DNA of 59,385 bases from Spirochaetaceae bacterium (lineage in GTDB: Bacteria; Spirochaetota; Spirochaetia; Treponematales; Breznakiellaceae): the NCBI GenBank assembly GCA_031280035.1, contig JAITHJ010000011.1, positions 1 to 59,385 of the forward strand, in the 5' to 3' direction. How positions within the stretch are numbered: the stretch's first letter is position 1; each line of letters starts with the position of its first letter. The notes beneath the pieces were generated by a model. It was not told the DNA's origin and did not search any database. It saw nothing but the letters and a program-made list of their open reading frames with translations. This document shows, one piece after another, positions 18,657-26,076 of the stretch. Both the position numbers and the translations under genes were made by a program.

Positions 18657-18749
18657 GTTTTATTGGCTGTATCTGGTTTAATACCCCACGGCTTTGCCGC
18701 GGCTGTAAAATTCAAAAACATTTGAAAGATTGGTATTAAAACAGATACA
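18657..18749 (+). repeat. copy B of the ~48-nt dispersed element plus an inverted partial copy (18669-18686 vs 18731-18749)
   Basis: TGTATCTGGTTTAATACC pairs with GGTATTAAAACAGATACA, which can form a long hairpin around the inner GC hairpin CCACGGC/GCCGCGG. Confidence 0.75.
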
Positions 18750-18771
18750 CTAAAAAAATTTCCTACCCAAC

Positions 18772-18846
18772 GACAGCCCCTTTCTGTTACAACAAAAAAT
18801 ATACCAAAGCAGAAAGGGGCTGATACCGCTGGGCAAGACCAGCGGT
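18772..18846. other. two adjacent strong hairpins between convergent miaB and the SIMPL gene (possible bidirectional terminator)
   Basis: CAGCCCCTTTCTG-N23-CAGAAAGGGGCTG (13-bp stem), then TACCGCTGG-N7-CCAGCGGTA (9-bp stem). Confidence 0.5.
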
Positions 18847-18921
18847 AGTTCATTATAATATTCTTAACTGCACACATTCATAGTTTACACAAAATGCGCC
18901 TATACGATTAGACGTTATTGT

Positions 18922-19659
18922 TTACTTTAATAAATATTCTAATTTTGTTGTTATAAACGCCGTTTTATTTTTTGAAAAAATATCAAACGCTCCGCCGCTG
19001 CTGTAACTGTCCGGCGGTGAATTTTCAGCGATTATTTGGAATACGCCAAGATTCGCGGATTTCAGCTTTGTGATTTTAGCTCCGGCTTCTTTTGCTATGG
19101 TTTCCGCTCGTATTCTGGAATTTTCCGTAGCCTCAACAATCAAATTTAATTTTAACTCGTCCAGTTTTGTATAATAATATTCAGGCGCCATAGAAAGAAA
19201 TTCAACGCCTAAATCAATTAATTCTGTAATATCCCGTGATATTTGTTCAATTTTATCAACATCATTGGATTCTATTTTAACACTTTGTGTTAAGGTATAT
19301 CCGGTAAATATAGTATTAGTTAATCTCCCTTCATAATTATATTCATGATGATAGTTTTCTTGAATCCTTATCGAAGAAAAAATAATTTCATTCTCGTTAA
19401 TATTATTTTTTATAAGATAACTTTTTACCGCAAAAGCGTTATTTTTTAATTGGTCATAAGCATCTTTTGAAGTTTTTGCTTCTTTTGAAAAAGATCCACG
19501 CCAAACAATTAAATCTGAAGTAAATGATTTTGTAGCCGAACCCGTTACGGTTATATAGTTATTTTGAGCGGTTTTAAACGAAATAAGATTGGCTGAAAAA
19601 ATTAGTACGCAGATAACCACTGAAACGCATACTATCAGGGTTTTAACATATTCTTTCAT
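18922..19659 (-). CDS. SIMPL-domain (DUF541) periplasmic protein
   Basis: N-terminal TM/signal. The pattern ITVTGSA....D...W.GSF...... and overall length are typical of the SIMPL family. Confidence 0.7.
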   Translation of the reverse strand: MKEYVKTLIVCVSVVICVLIFSANLISFKTAQNNYITVTGSATKSFTSDLIVWRGSFSKEAKTSKDAYDQLKNNAFAVKSYLIKNNINENEIIFSSIRIQENYHHEYNYEGRLTNTIFTGYTLTQSVKIESNDVDKIEQISRDITELIDLGVEFLSMAPEYYYTKLDELKLNLIVEATENSRIRAETIAKEAGAKITKLKSANLGVFQIIAENSPPDSYSSGGAFDIFSKNKTAFITTKLEYLLK

Positions 19660-19712
19660 ATCTCTTTACTCATCTCCTCTTTATATACCCACGCGGTCTA
19701 CAATGCGGCATT

Positions 19713-20522
19713 TTATCCGCGGCGGGGCAATTCATTTTCTTTACTTTCAATGTCTTTAAAATAACGGACGGTTCTTACTTTGAGTTCATCCGTTGCATCT
19801 TCATCGCATACGATAATAGCGCGCGGGTGCATTTGAAGGCAGGAAAGCGTCCAAAGATGCGTTACAGGTCCTTCCACGGCGGCGGCCAGCGCCCGCGCTT
19901 TTCGCCGTCCGCACGCTATTATCACTATTTCCCGCGCTTCCATAATGGTGCCTACGCCGACCGTAAGCGCTGTCGCCGGTACTTTGTTTGCATCGCCGTC
20001 AAAAAAACGGGAGTTTACTTCACGGGTTTCTTTTGTAAGCGTCTTTATCCGCGTACGTGACGTAAGCGATGATCCGGGCTCGTTAAATGCGATATGTCCG
20101 TCTTCACCCATGCCGCCCAAAAAAAGTTCAATGCCGCCGCATGAAGCGATCTTTTGTTCATAGCGGCTGCATTCTTCGGTCAAATTGCGCGCCGTACCGT
20201 CAAGAATATTAGTCTGCAGCTCAGGTATGTCAATATGCTGAAAGAAATTTTCATGCATAAAAAATCTATAACTTTGTGGATGAAGGCCGTCAAGTCCGGT
20301 ATATTCATCCATATTAAATGTAATGACATGTTTAAAACTTAAATTTCCGGTTTTGTACATACCGACAAGTTCTTTGTAGATGCCAAGCGGACTTGAACCT
20401 GTGGGAAGGCCAAGCGTAAACGGCCGGTCTGCTGATGGAGAGAAAGAACGGATGCGCTGCGCGATATAATGCGCCGCCCAGTAACTTGCTTTTTCAAAAT
20501 TCTCTTTTATAATAAGTCTCAT
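19713..20522 (-). CDS. nagB: glucosamine-6-phosphate deaminase
   Basis: MRLII...LGLPTGSSP...FNMDEY...[15 protein letters not shown] motifs. Confidence 0.93.
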   Translation of the reverse strand: MRLIIKENFEKASYWAAHYIAQRIRSFSPSADRPFTLGLPTGSSPLGIYKELVGMYKTGNLSFKHVITFNMDEYTGLDGLHPQSYRFFMHENFFQHIDIPELQTNILDGTARNLTEECSRYEQKIASCGGIELFLGGMGEDGHIAFNEPGSSLTSRTRIKTLTKETREVNSRFFDGDANKVPATALTVGVGTIMEAREIVIIACGRRKARALAAAVEGPVTHLWTLSCLQMHPRAIIVCDEDATDELKVRTVRYFKDIESKENELPRRG

Positions 20523-20528
20523 AATATC

Positions 20529-21692
20529 TTACAATATGTTAAATTTTATATCACCGCCGGCTATAACTGTCAAGATACGCCAGTTCTTATCAAACACGGT
20601 TAAATCCGCATCCCCTCCGGGTACCAGCGCGCCTTTATTTAAATATCTCATAATGCGCGCCGGATTTGTTGACGCAGCGCGGACAGCGTCTTCCAGACTG
20701 AAGCCAAACTCAACCAGATTTTCAATGCCTTTTATCATCGTAAGCGCGCTGCCGGCGATTACGCCGTCCGATTTTCGCCGCCACAATCCGCCGGAAAATT
20801 CGACTTCTTCACTGTTAGCAAAGTAGGGCGGGGACTCCATATCCGTAGGTTTGAGGCTGTCTGTAACAAGTACAATATTTGCCGCACTTTTATCGCGCAG
20901 GAGAAACTGAAACAGCGCTTTGTGTACGTGCAGGCCGTCAGCTATGACTTCGCACGTTGTTTCATGATGAATTAGTATGGCGCCGGCTGCATTGGGATTC
21001 CGGTGTTCCATTGCGCTCATTGCGTTAAATAAATGTGTTGTATGAAAAATGCCGGCGAGTATGCCTTCGACCATATTTTCATAGCTGGCGTTTGTATGGC
21101 CGGCTTGAAGGACGATGCCTTTTTTTTCGCAGTAAAGCGCAAGTTCATGCATGTTTTTAAGTTCAGGTGCAACAGTCATGTTTATGATATGTCCTTGCGC
21201 GGCGTTCCAAAGCTCTTCCATAAATGGTATGTCGACGGAGCGCAGGAACTCAGGCTTTTGTACGCCCAGATATTTGGGCGAGAGAAACGGTCCTTCAAGA
21301 TGAAATCCCATAATTTTTGCGCCTGTTTCTTTGCCGATTGCAGGCAGCAGAGCTTTTATTACACTGACCATATCGGCGCTTGGATATAACGTTGGGTTAA
21401 AGGCTGTTACACCGTATTTTATAAGAAACTTTGACATTTCAATCAGTGCATCTGCAGATTCATCGTCCGTACCGAAACCTCCTGCGCCGTGGATATGCGT
21501 ATCTATGAATCCCGGGGTTATGTAGGCTTTATTTACGTCAATAATGCGCGTGTTATTTGTAAATCTTTTTTGAGCGAGTCTTTTCTGGGTGAAAACATCG
21601 GAAACTACGCCGTCTTCTATTAGGACAGCGCAGTTTTCGATAGTTGAAAAACCTGTAAATATTGTTCCGTTATGCAGACAAACCGAAGACAT
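20529..21692 (-). CDS. nagA: N-acetylglucosamine-6-phosphate deacetylase
   Basis: GFIDTHIHGAGG metal motif, HLEGPF, AGHTNA. Adjacent to nagB. Confidence 0.92.
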   Translation of the reverse strand: MSSVCLHNGTIFTGFSTIENCAVLIEDGVVSDVFTQKRLAQKRFTNNTRIIDVNKAYITPGFIDTHIHGAGGFGTDDESADALIEMSKFLIKYGVTAFNPTLYPSADMVSVIKALLPAIGKETGAKIMGFHLEGPFLSPKYLGVQKPEFLRSVDIPFMEELWNAAQGHIINMTVAPELKNMHELALYCEKKGIVLQAGHTNASYENMVEGILAGIFHTTHLFNAMSAMEHRNPNAAGAILIHHETTCEVIADGLHVHKALFQFLLRDKSAANIVLVTDSLKPTDMESPPYFANSEEVEFSGGLWRRKSDGVIAGSALTMIKGIENLVEFGFSLEDAVRAASTNPARIMRYLNKGALVPGGDADLTVFDKNWRILTVIAGGDIKFNIL

Positions 21693-21757
21693 AAGTTAGT
21701 CTATATGGTAAGCGGCTTATAGTCAATTACACGGCGGTTTTCCGGCTGTTAAGAAAG

Positions 21758-22891
21758 TTAGATTTCGCGCGTAACCTTTCCTTTGCCGGAAATTTTTTCG
21801 GTAAGCTGCGGATTGCCGCGGTAAACGACTTCACCTGCGCCGGAAATGTGTACGACAAGGTTATCTTTGCACCACACGCGCGCTCTGCCGGAACCGCTTA
21901 TGTCAAGATTTGCCATACTGACGGGAAAGTTGTTTGCGTCAAACGTTCCCGCGCCGCTTAATACAACGCGTACTTCTTGCATTCGGTCAAACACATTGTC
22001 GATAACTTCAATGCCGCCCGAACCGTCCATCAAAAAAACAAAGATGTTTGGCGTATATACATCGAGTACGCATTCGGTAAACTCAAGTTTTTTACCAAAC
22101 AATCCTTTTGTGCCAATACGCAGCATATTCTTCCTGACGATTATATCAAGATATTCTTTAAGATTCGCGTCGCAGTTTAGCGTAATTTTGTTTTCCGCAC
22201 TCTTATGCACACGAACGGTTACACCGTCCAGCATTGATTCAATGCCGGTAAATTCAGGAAGCGTTTGTTCAACCAGTTCTGTTACGCCACTGCCGCGTAT
22301 GGTTTTTCCGCCGCCGCGTGTTTTTTCGGTTATTTCTGGATTACCTTTACAGATAACGTTTCCCTGTCCAAGCGTTTCAATTGAAAGATTGTTTTCAGCC
22401 CATACACGCGCCGTGCCCGCGCCGGTAATTTTAACGCGCGCTGTTTCCACCGGAAACGCATCTGCTATAACATTACCAGAGCCTAAAACATCAATATTCA
22501 ACGTTTTACCGGCAAAGACATTATCAAGTATTTCTACATTGCTTGAGCCCTTAATAAAAATGCCGTTTAATTCATTCGTCCACACATCAACCGTAAAGAT
22601 AGTGAACTGGATATTTTTGTTAAACTGCCATTTTGAGCCGGTATATAAAACATTGTTTTTAACGGAGAGATCAACATATTCCTGCAAATTGGCGTCGGTA
22701 TTAAGAATGATTTTATTCTCCGCGCCTTTATGCACACGAATAAGAACGCTTCCCGTTGATTCAATTGCGTAAAAAGGCGCAATCTGTTTTTCTATAGACG
22801 CCGCAACGCCGTTTCCTTTGATAACATTCAACGAACATGAGACGAACGCCGCGCCCGCAAGAACCGCAAAAAAAAATTTTGTTTTTTCCAT
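21758..22891 (-). CDS. lipoprotein with two tandem DUF2807 (head GIN) domains
   Basis: Start at MEKTKFFFAVLAGAAFVSCS (lipobox), with GAGGAG SD. There is an internal duplication (..RVHKGAENKIILNTDANLQEYVD.. / ..RVHKSAENKITLNCDANLKEYLD..). GSG/GAG beta-helix-like repeats. Confidence 0.75.
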   Translation of the reverse strand: MEKTKFFFAVLAGAAFVSCSLNVIKGNGVAASIEKQIAPFYAIESTGSVLIRVHKGAENKIILNTDANLQEYVDLSVKNNVLYTGSKWQFNKNIQFTIFTVDVWTNELNGIFIKGSSNVEILDNVFAGKTLNIDVLGSGNVIADAFPVETARVKITGAGTARVWAENNLSIETLGQGNVICKGNPEITEKTRGGGKTIRGSGVTELVEQTLPEFTGIESMLDGVTVRVHKSAENKITLNCDANLKEYLDIIVRKNMLRIGTKGLFGKKLEFTECVLDVYTPNIFVFLMDGSGGIEVIDNVFDRMQEVRVVLSGAGTFDANNFPVSMANLDISGSGRARVWCKDNLVVHISGAGEVVYRGNPQLTEKISGKGKVTREI

Positions 22892-23003
22892 AAGAAACTC
22901 CTCTATAAGTTTTATCATTGATAAAATATTTATTCCATTCAACTGCACAATAATGCTGCTGAATGTTCTTTAATCCACCAACGGCGGCATATAAAGACAA
23001 AAA

Positions 23004-24422
23004 TCATTCACGTAGAAGAATACCTTCTTTTTTCAAAACGGTTAATGCATTGTTAAATTCTGCCAGTATTGTATCTATAGAAAATAAATATAATGATTGA
23101 TGTAAAGAAACAAAATCAATGCTTTCAACTAGCAGATCTTTAACAGTAATTCCTTCAACTTTATTTTGCAATGTTAATAGTATTGAAAAAAAGTATAGGT
23201 CAGTTATTTTATAAACTTCTGTTTGTTCGTGATTATAAAGATACATAACATTTTCAATTATATCATACGTAACAAGTTTATTTAATATTATGATTTCAGT
23301 CTCATGTAATTTATCTCGCAATTCATTTTGTATTCGTTCTTTTTCAAGAAAAAATATTTTTTTACAAGATGCCGGCGCGCTTTGTTTATCATTTTTATTA
23401 AGTCTTACTACTGTGCATGGAGTACATTCTTTTTTAAAGAATTTACATAAATTCTTGCATTCAGAGTAAATATTATTTAAACCAACACTGTACACATAAT
23501 TAAACTCTCTGAAAAGCGGTGCTTGTATAAGCGTGCTTATATCAGTGCTGGAAAGATTTATTTTTTCGAGATGTTTTTCTTTATAGATTTTTACAGTTTT
23601 TTCATTCTCCGTCAATCTATCACATGGATAAATAAAACCTTTCCAATCTATATAAGAATAGCCAAAACCAGCACTGCATGTACGCACAGGTAATTTAAGA
23701 TTATATCCATATTTATTATTAATATAATCAACAATAAGAGGTGAAGAAAATTTTGGAATTAATTGACAGTTAACATTTTTTTGTAGTGCGCCCAAACATT
23801 TTACAAGTTCAAACAATTCGTCTTGTGTAAACTCTTGAATATATTTATTATCTTTTTCAGTTATCAGTTCAAGTCCTATCCATTCATCAATGCCAATATC
23901 ATCAAGAAAGGTTATTAAGTATCCTAATTCAGCGATATTTTGCTTTGTAATAACAGTATTGACACAAATTTTATAAGGATTATTCTTGCATAGATTTTTT
24001 AGATTATCAATAACTACATCGTAAACTTTTCCACCGCGTATTTTATTGTGCGTTTCTTTAATACCGTCAATGCTTATTACTATTAAATCGATACAGGATA
24101 ATTTACGTAATTTTTCAATATATTGTTTTTTTAAAAGAAAGCCATTGGTATTGATGCCGACTTTTATTCCGCTTGTATTATTCTCTATATAAGTAAGAAT
24201 ATCCAAAAAATCTTTTCTATGCGTGGGTTCTCCGCCAAGAAACTGAATATGAGTAACGCCTATAGAATTTAATTTTGATAGAATAGTATAAATATCCGTT
24301 GTATCAATGTCCTTATAAAAATCATTTTCACGTTCTTTTTTATTGATGCAAAAAGAACATGCAAGGAAACATTGTTTGGTAATATCCCATTTTATGTTTT
24401 TAAGAAACATCTTTACCGCCAT
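23004..24422 (-). CDS. radical SAM / SPASM-type peptide-modifying enzyme with C-terminal PqqD-like (RRE) extension
   Basis: CX3CX2C motif at residues 18-25 (CFLACSFC) and a GGEPT motif. The SPASM-like region is CSAGFGYSYIDWKGFIYPC (Cx12Gx4C), followed by CKNLCKFFKKECTPC. The last ~100 aa (..LVTYDIIENVMYLYNHEQTEVYKITDLYFFSILLTL..GITVKDLL...LKKEGILL) follow the PqqD/RRE pattern. The gene is very AT-rich. Confidence 0.85.
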   Translation of the reverse strand: MAVKMFLKNIKWDITKQCFLACSFCINKKERENDFYKDIDTTDIYTILSKLNSIGVTHIQFLGGEPTHRKDFLDILTYIENNTSGIKVGINTNGFLLKKQYIEKLRKLSCIDLIVISIDGIKETHNKIRGGKVYDVVIDNLKNLCKNNPYKICVNTVITKQNIAELGYLITFLDDIGIDEWIGLELITEKDNKYIQEFTQDELFELVKCLGALQKNVNCQLIPKFSSPLIVDYINNKYGYNLKLPVRTCSAGFGYSYIDWKGFIYPCDRLTENEKTVKIYKEKHLEKINLSSTDISTLIQAPLFREFNYVYSVGLNNIYSECKNLCKFFKKECTPCTVVRLNKNDKQSAPASCKKIFFLEKERIQNELRDKLHETEIIILNKLVTYDIIENVMYLYNHEQTEVYKITDLYFFSILLTLQNKVEGITVKDLLVESIDFVSLHQSLYLFSIDTILAEFNNALTVLKKEGILLRE

Positions 24423-24516
24423 TTTAAAAAAGACAGGGATAATATTTGCATATTGTCCCTATCATTAGCATAATTGCAAATCAATGAGATTTGCAGTTGC
24501 TCCAACCACATTGATA

Positions 24517-24544
24517 ATTTAAGAGAGATATCTCTCTTAAATTT
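24517..24544 (-). terminator. perfect palindromic hairpin directly after the small-ORF stop (attenuator/processing stem)
   Basis: AATTTAAGAGAGATATCTCTCTTAAATT read directly. It overlaps the TAA stop at 24543-24545. There is no strong U-tract, so it is likely a partial terminator. Confidence 0.55.
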
Positions 24545-24620
24545 ACTCAGCTTCACAAAGATTGCAAAGATTGAGTGCAGGTGCTAAAATTGGAGCAAGT
24601 TCATCAGTGATTTTTTCCAT
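24543..24620 (-). CDS. candidate RiPP precursor peptide, 25 aa: MEKITDELAPILAPALNLCNLCEAE
   Basis: Hand translation of the minus strand. AGGAGG lies 6 nt upstream of the ATG (complement 24618-24620). It is 120 nt upstream of, and co-oriented with, the rSAM/SPASM gene. It has two Cys in a C-terminal NLCNLC motif. It is not in the ORF track because it is under 60 aa. Confidence 0.6.
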   Translation of the reverse strand: MEKITDELAPILAPALNLCNLCEAE

Positions 24621-24646
24621 TTATTTCCTCCTATTTATTAAGATTT

Positions 24647-24678
24647 TTTATAGTGCGCTGTATTTGCGTACTTGTCAA
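24647..24678 (-). promoter_or_regulatory. possible promoter for the peptide/rSAM unit (TTGACA ... CACTAT/TATAAA)
   Basis: The minus strand reads cTTGACAagtacgcaaatacagcgCACTATAAAaaatc. The spacer is 17 nt to CACTAT or 20 nt to TATAAA, so the -10 assignment is ambiguous. Confidence 0.35.
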
Positions 24679-24725
24679 GGTTTTTTACCAATTAACAATA
24701 ATATGTACAAGGGATTATTTCGCTA

Positions 24726-25571
24726 TCAAGAAACATGTACATAAATATTCTTAAAATTAAATGCAGCTTTAAACTTGACAAGCTTTTCTTTTGCGCTGGT
24801 GTAAGATTTTATGCCATATAGCGCAAAGTAAAATGCAAGTTCTTTTTCCAATGAATTACGAAGAAGGCGTATTTTTCTTTTTACGTCTAGCGGCATTACA
24901 GGAAATAAAGCAATATTTTCATTATAGATCTCTTCACAAAAAGCTTTAGCGTATTTATTCTTGTATTTATTTACATAAACATCTTCAATAATTTTATATT
25001 CATTGTATGTTTGATCGAGTACAGAGCGAAAGCCTTCTATACATTGTGTTTCACATAAACAAAGCCCGCTTACTACATTTGATTCTGCATCATACATAAC
25101 ATAAAGTACTTCGAATGCGCGTTCTTTAAAAAAAGAAATTTGCATAGTAAAAGTATAAAATACATGAAATCCTTTTATTAAATCAGCATCCTTGTAAATC
25201 ATATTTATATTATATTTACGCGAACATCCAATATTTGCGTTTTTTAGGAGAATGCGTAATGTATTGTATGAAATAAGAATATTGTTTTCTTTTAGCTTTT
25301 CTTTGATTTGCCTGATATTACAATTGGCGTATATATCACTTTGCACCAGTCCAATGATCCTCTTTCGTGTTTCTTCGCTGGTATAATTTGCCGGATGTTT
25401 GTTGGTATTACCATGAATAAACGCTTTTTTGCCGTATTTTCTTAATAATAAAACAAGCTGTTGAACACGCCGTACGCTTAGTCCAAGTTTTTGTGCAATT
25501 TCTCGAGTAGTACAGATACCATTAACTACATCTTTAATTAAGGTATATACGCGGTTTTGTTTTTCTGTCAT
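24726..25571 (-). CDS. HTH protein related to the N-terminal two-thirds of ISNCY-family (IS1202-group) transposases; truncated and probably non-catalytic
   Basis: The region YTLIKDVVNGICTTREIAQKLGLSVRRVQQLVLLLRKYGKKAFIHGNTNKHPANYTSEETRKRI matches the characteristic ISNCY N-terminal HTH/..HGNRG..P.N.. pattern. A residual ..LYVMYDAESN.. segment resembles the first part of the DDE core. At 281 aa it is shorter than the ~450+ aa I recall for such transposases. AT-rich. Confidence 0.6.
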   Translation of the reverse strand: MTEKQNRVYTLIKDVVNGICTTREIAQKLGLSVRRVQQLVLLLRKYGKKAFIHGNTNKHPANYTSEETRKRIIGLVQSDIYANCNIRQIKEKLKENNILISYNTLRILLKNANIGCSRKYNINMIYKDADLIKGFHVFYTFTMQISFFKERAFEVLYVMYDAESNVVSGLCLCETQCIEGFRSVLDQTYNEYKIIEDVYVNKYKNKYAKAFCEEIYNENIALFPVMPLDVKRKIRLLRNSLEKELAFYFALYGIKSYTSAKEKLVKFKAAFNFKNIYVHVS

Positions 25572-26076
25572 TTCAGTCCCCTTAATCTGATAATCTTGCC
25601 TTCTTACCGAAGGTAGGGTGTCTGCGCGCTATGAGCCGTAAACCGCTCTTGTTACTGAGATAGTGCGGAAATATAAGGAAACCTGAGAAAATATATCCGC
25701 AACACGCGGGGGTAGATAAAATGACGCGCCGAATTGTACAAGTTTTTGCTGTTGGTTACGCCATGTACTATACCGCCATTATTCATGGTAGACAGTATAT
25801 CAGCGCGGCATTTAGTTTGTCAACCGGTATCAAATAGTCCGTTGTCAGTTGCCGGATTTTAGCTATTCTTGCAAATATATAACTATAAAAATAAGATATA
25901 TATCTATTAGATTTAAATCTTGAGCTTTTTACGTAAAAACTTTAGATTACGGCTTGTTGGGTTTAGGCAGCCGGCGCATAGAGGCGCACTGTGGGGCTTG
26001 CGGATAAACTTGCAATGCCTGCGACTCTATGATAGACTTGCCGTTGTAAAATAGAGCGCTGTTTTGGAGTTGTAGT

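Noticed and set aside
15683-18749. The possibility that the GTTTAATACCCC..CGG..GCCG elements are CRISPR repeats.
   Set aside because: There are only two direct copies, 3 kb apart and separated by ordinary genes. There is no regular repeat-spacer spacing and no cas genes in the window.
21846-22772. A 308-aa plus-strand ORF.
   Set aside because: It is antisense to the DUF2807 lipoprotein gene, which has a lipobox, an SD and an internal domain duplication. The plus-strand product is Ser/Pro-rich with no signals.
24421-24516. A second small minus-strand ORF (MWLEQLQISLICNYANDRDNMQILSLSFLKWR) between the palindrome and the rSAM start.
   Set aside because: It has no SD and spans the second hairpin. 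It is less plausible as a precursor than the upstream 25-aa ORF.
24562-24744. A 60-aa plus-strand ORF overlapping the small-peptide locus.
   Set aside because: It is antisense to the SD-bearing 25-aa ORF and its promoter, has no SD of its own, and is a low-complexity AT-rich translation.
25628-25670. GAGCCGTA... resembles the 5' half of a group II intron domain V.
   Set aside because: There is no complementary TACGGTTC arm and no reverse transcriptase/maturase ORF nearby.
25842-25856. An 11-nt match (TCAGTTGCCGG) to the heptamer tract at 58600-58610.
   Set aside because: Matches of this length are expected by chance many times in a 59-kb window.
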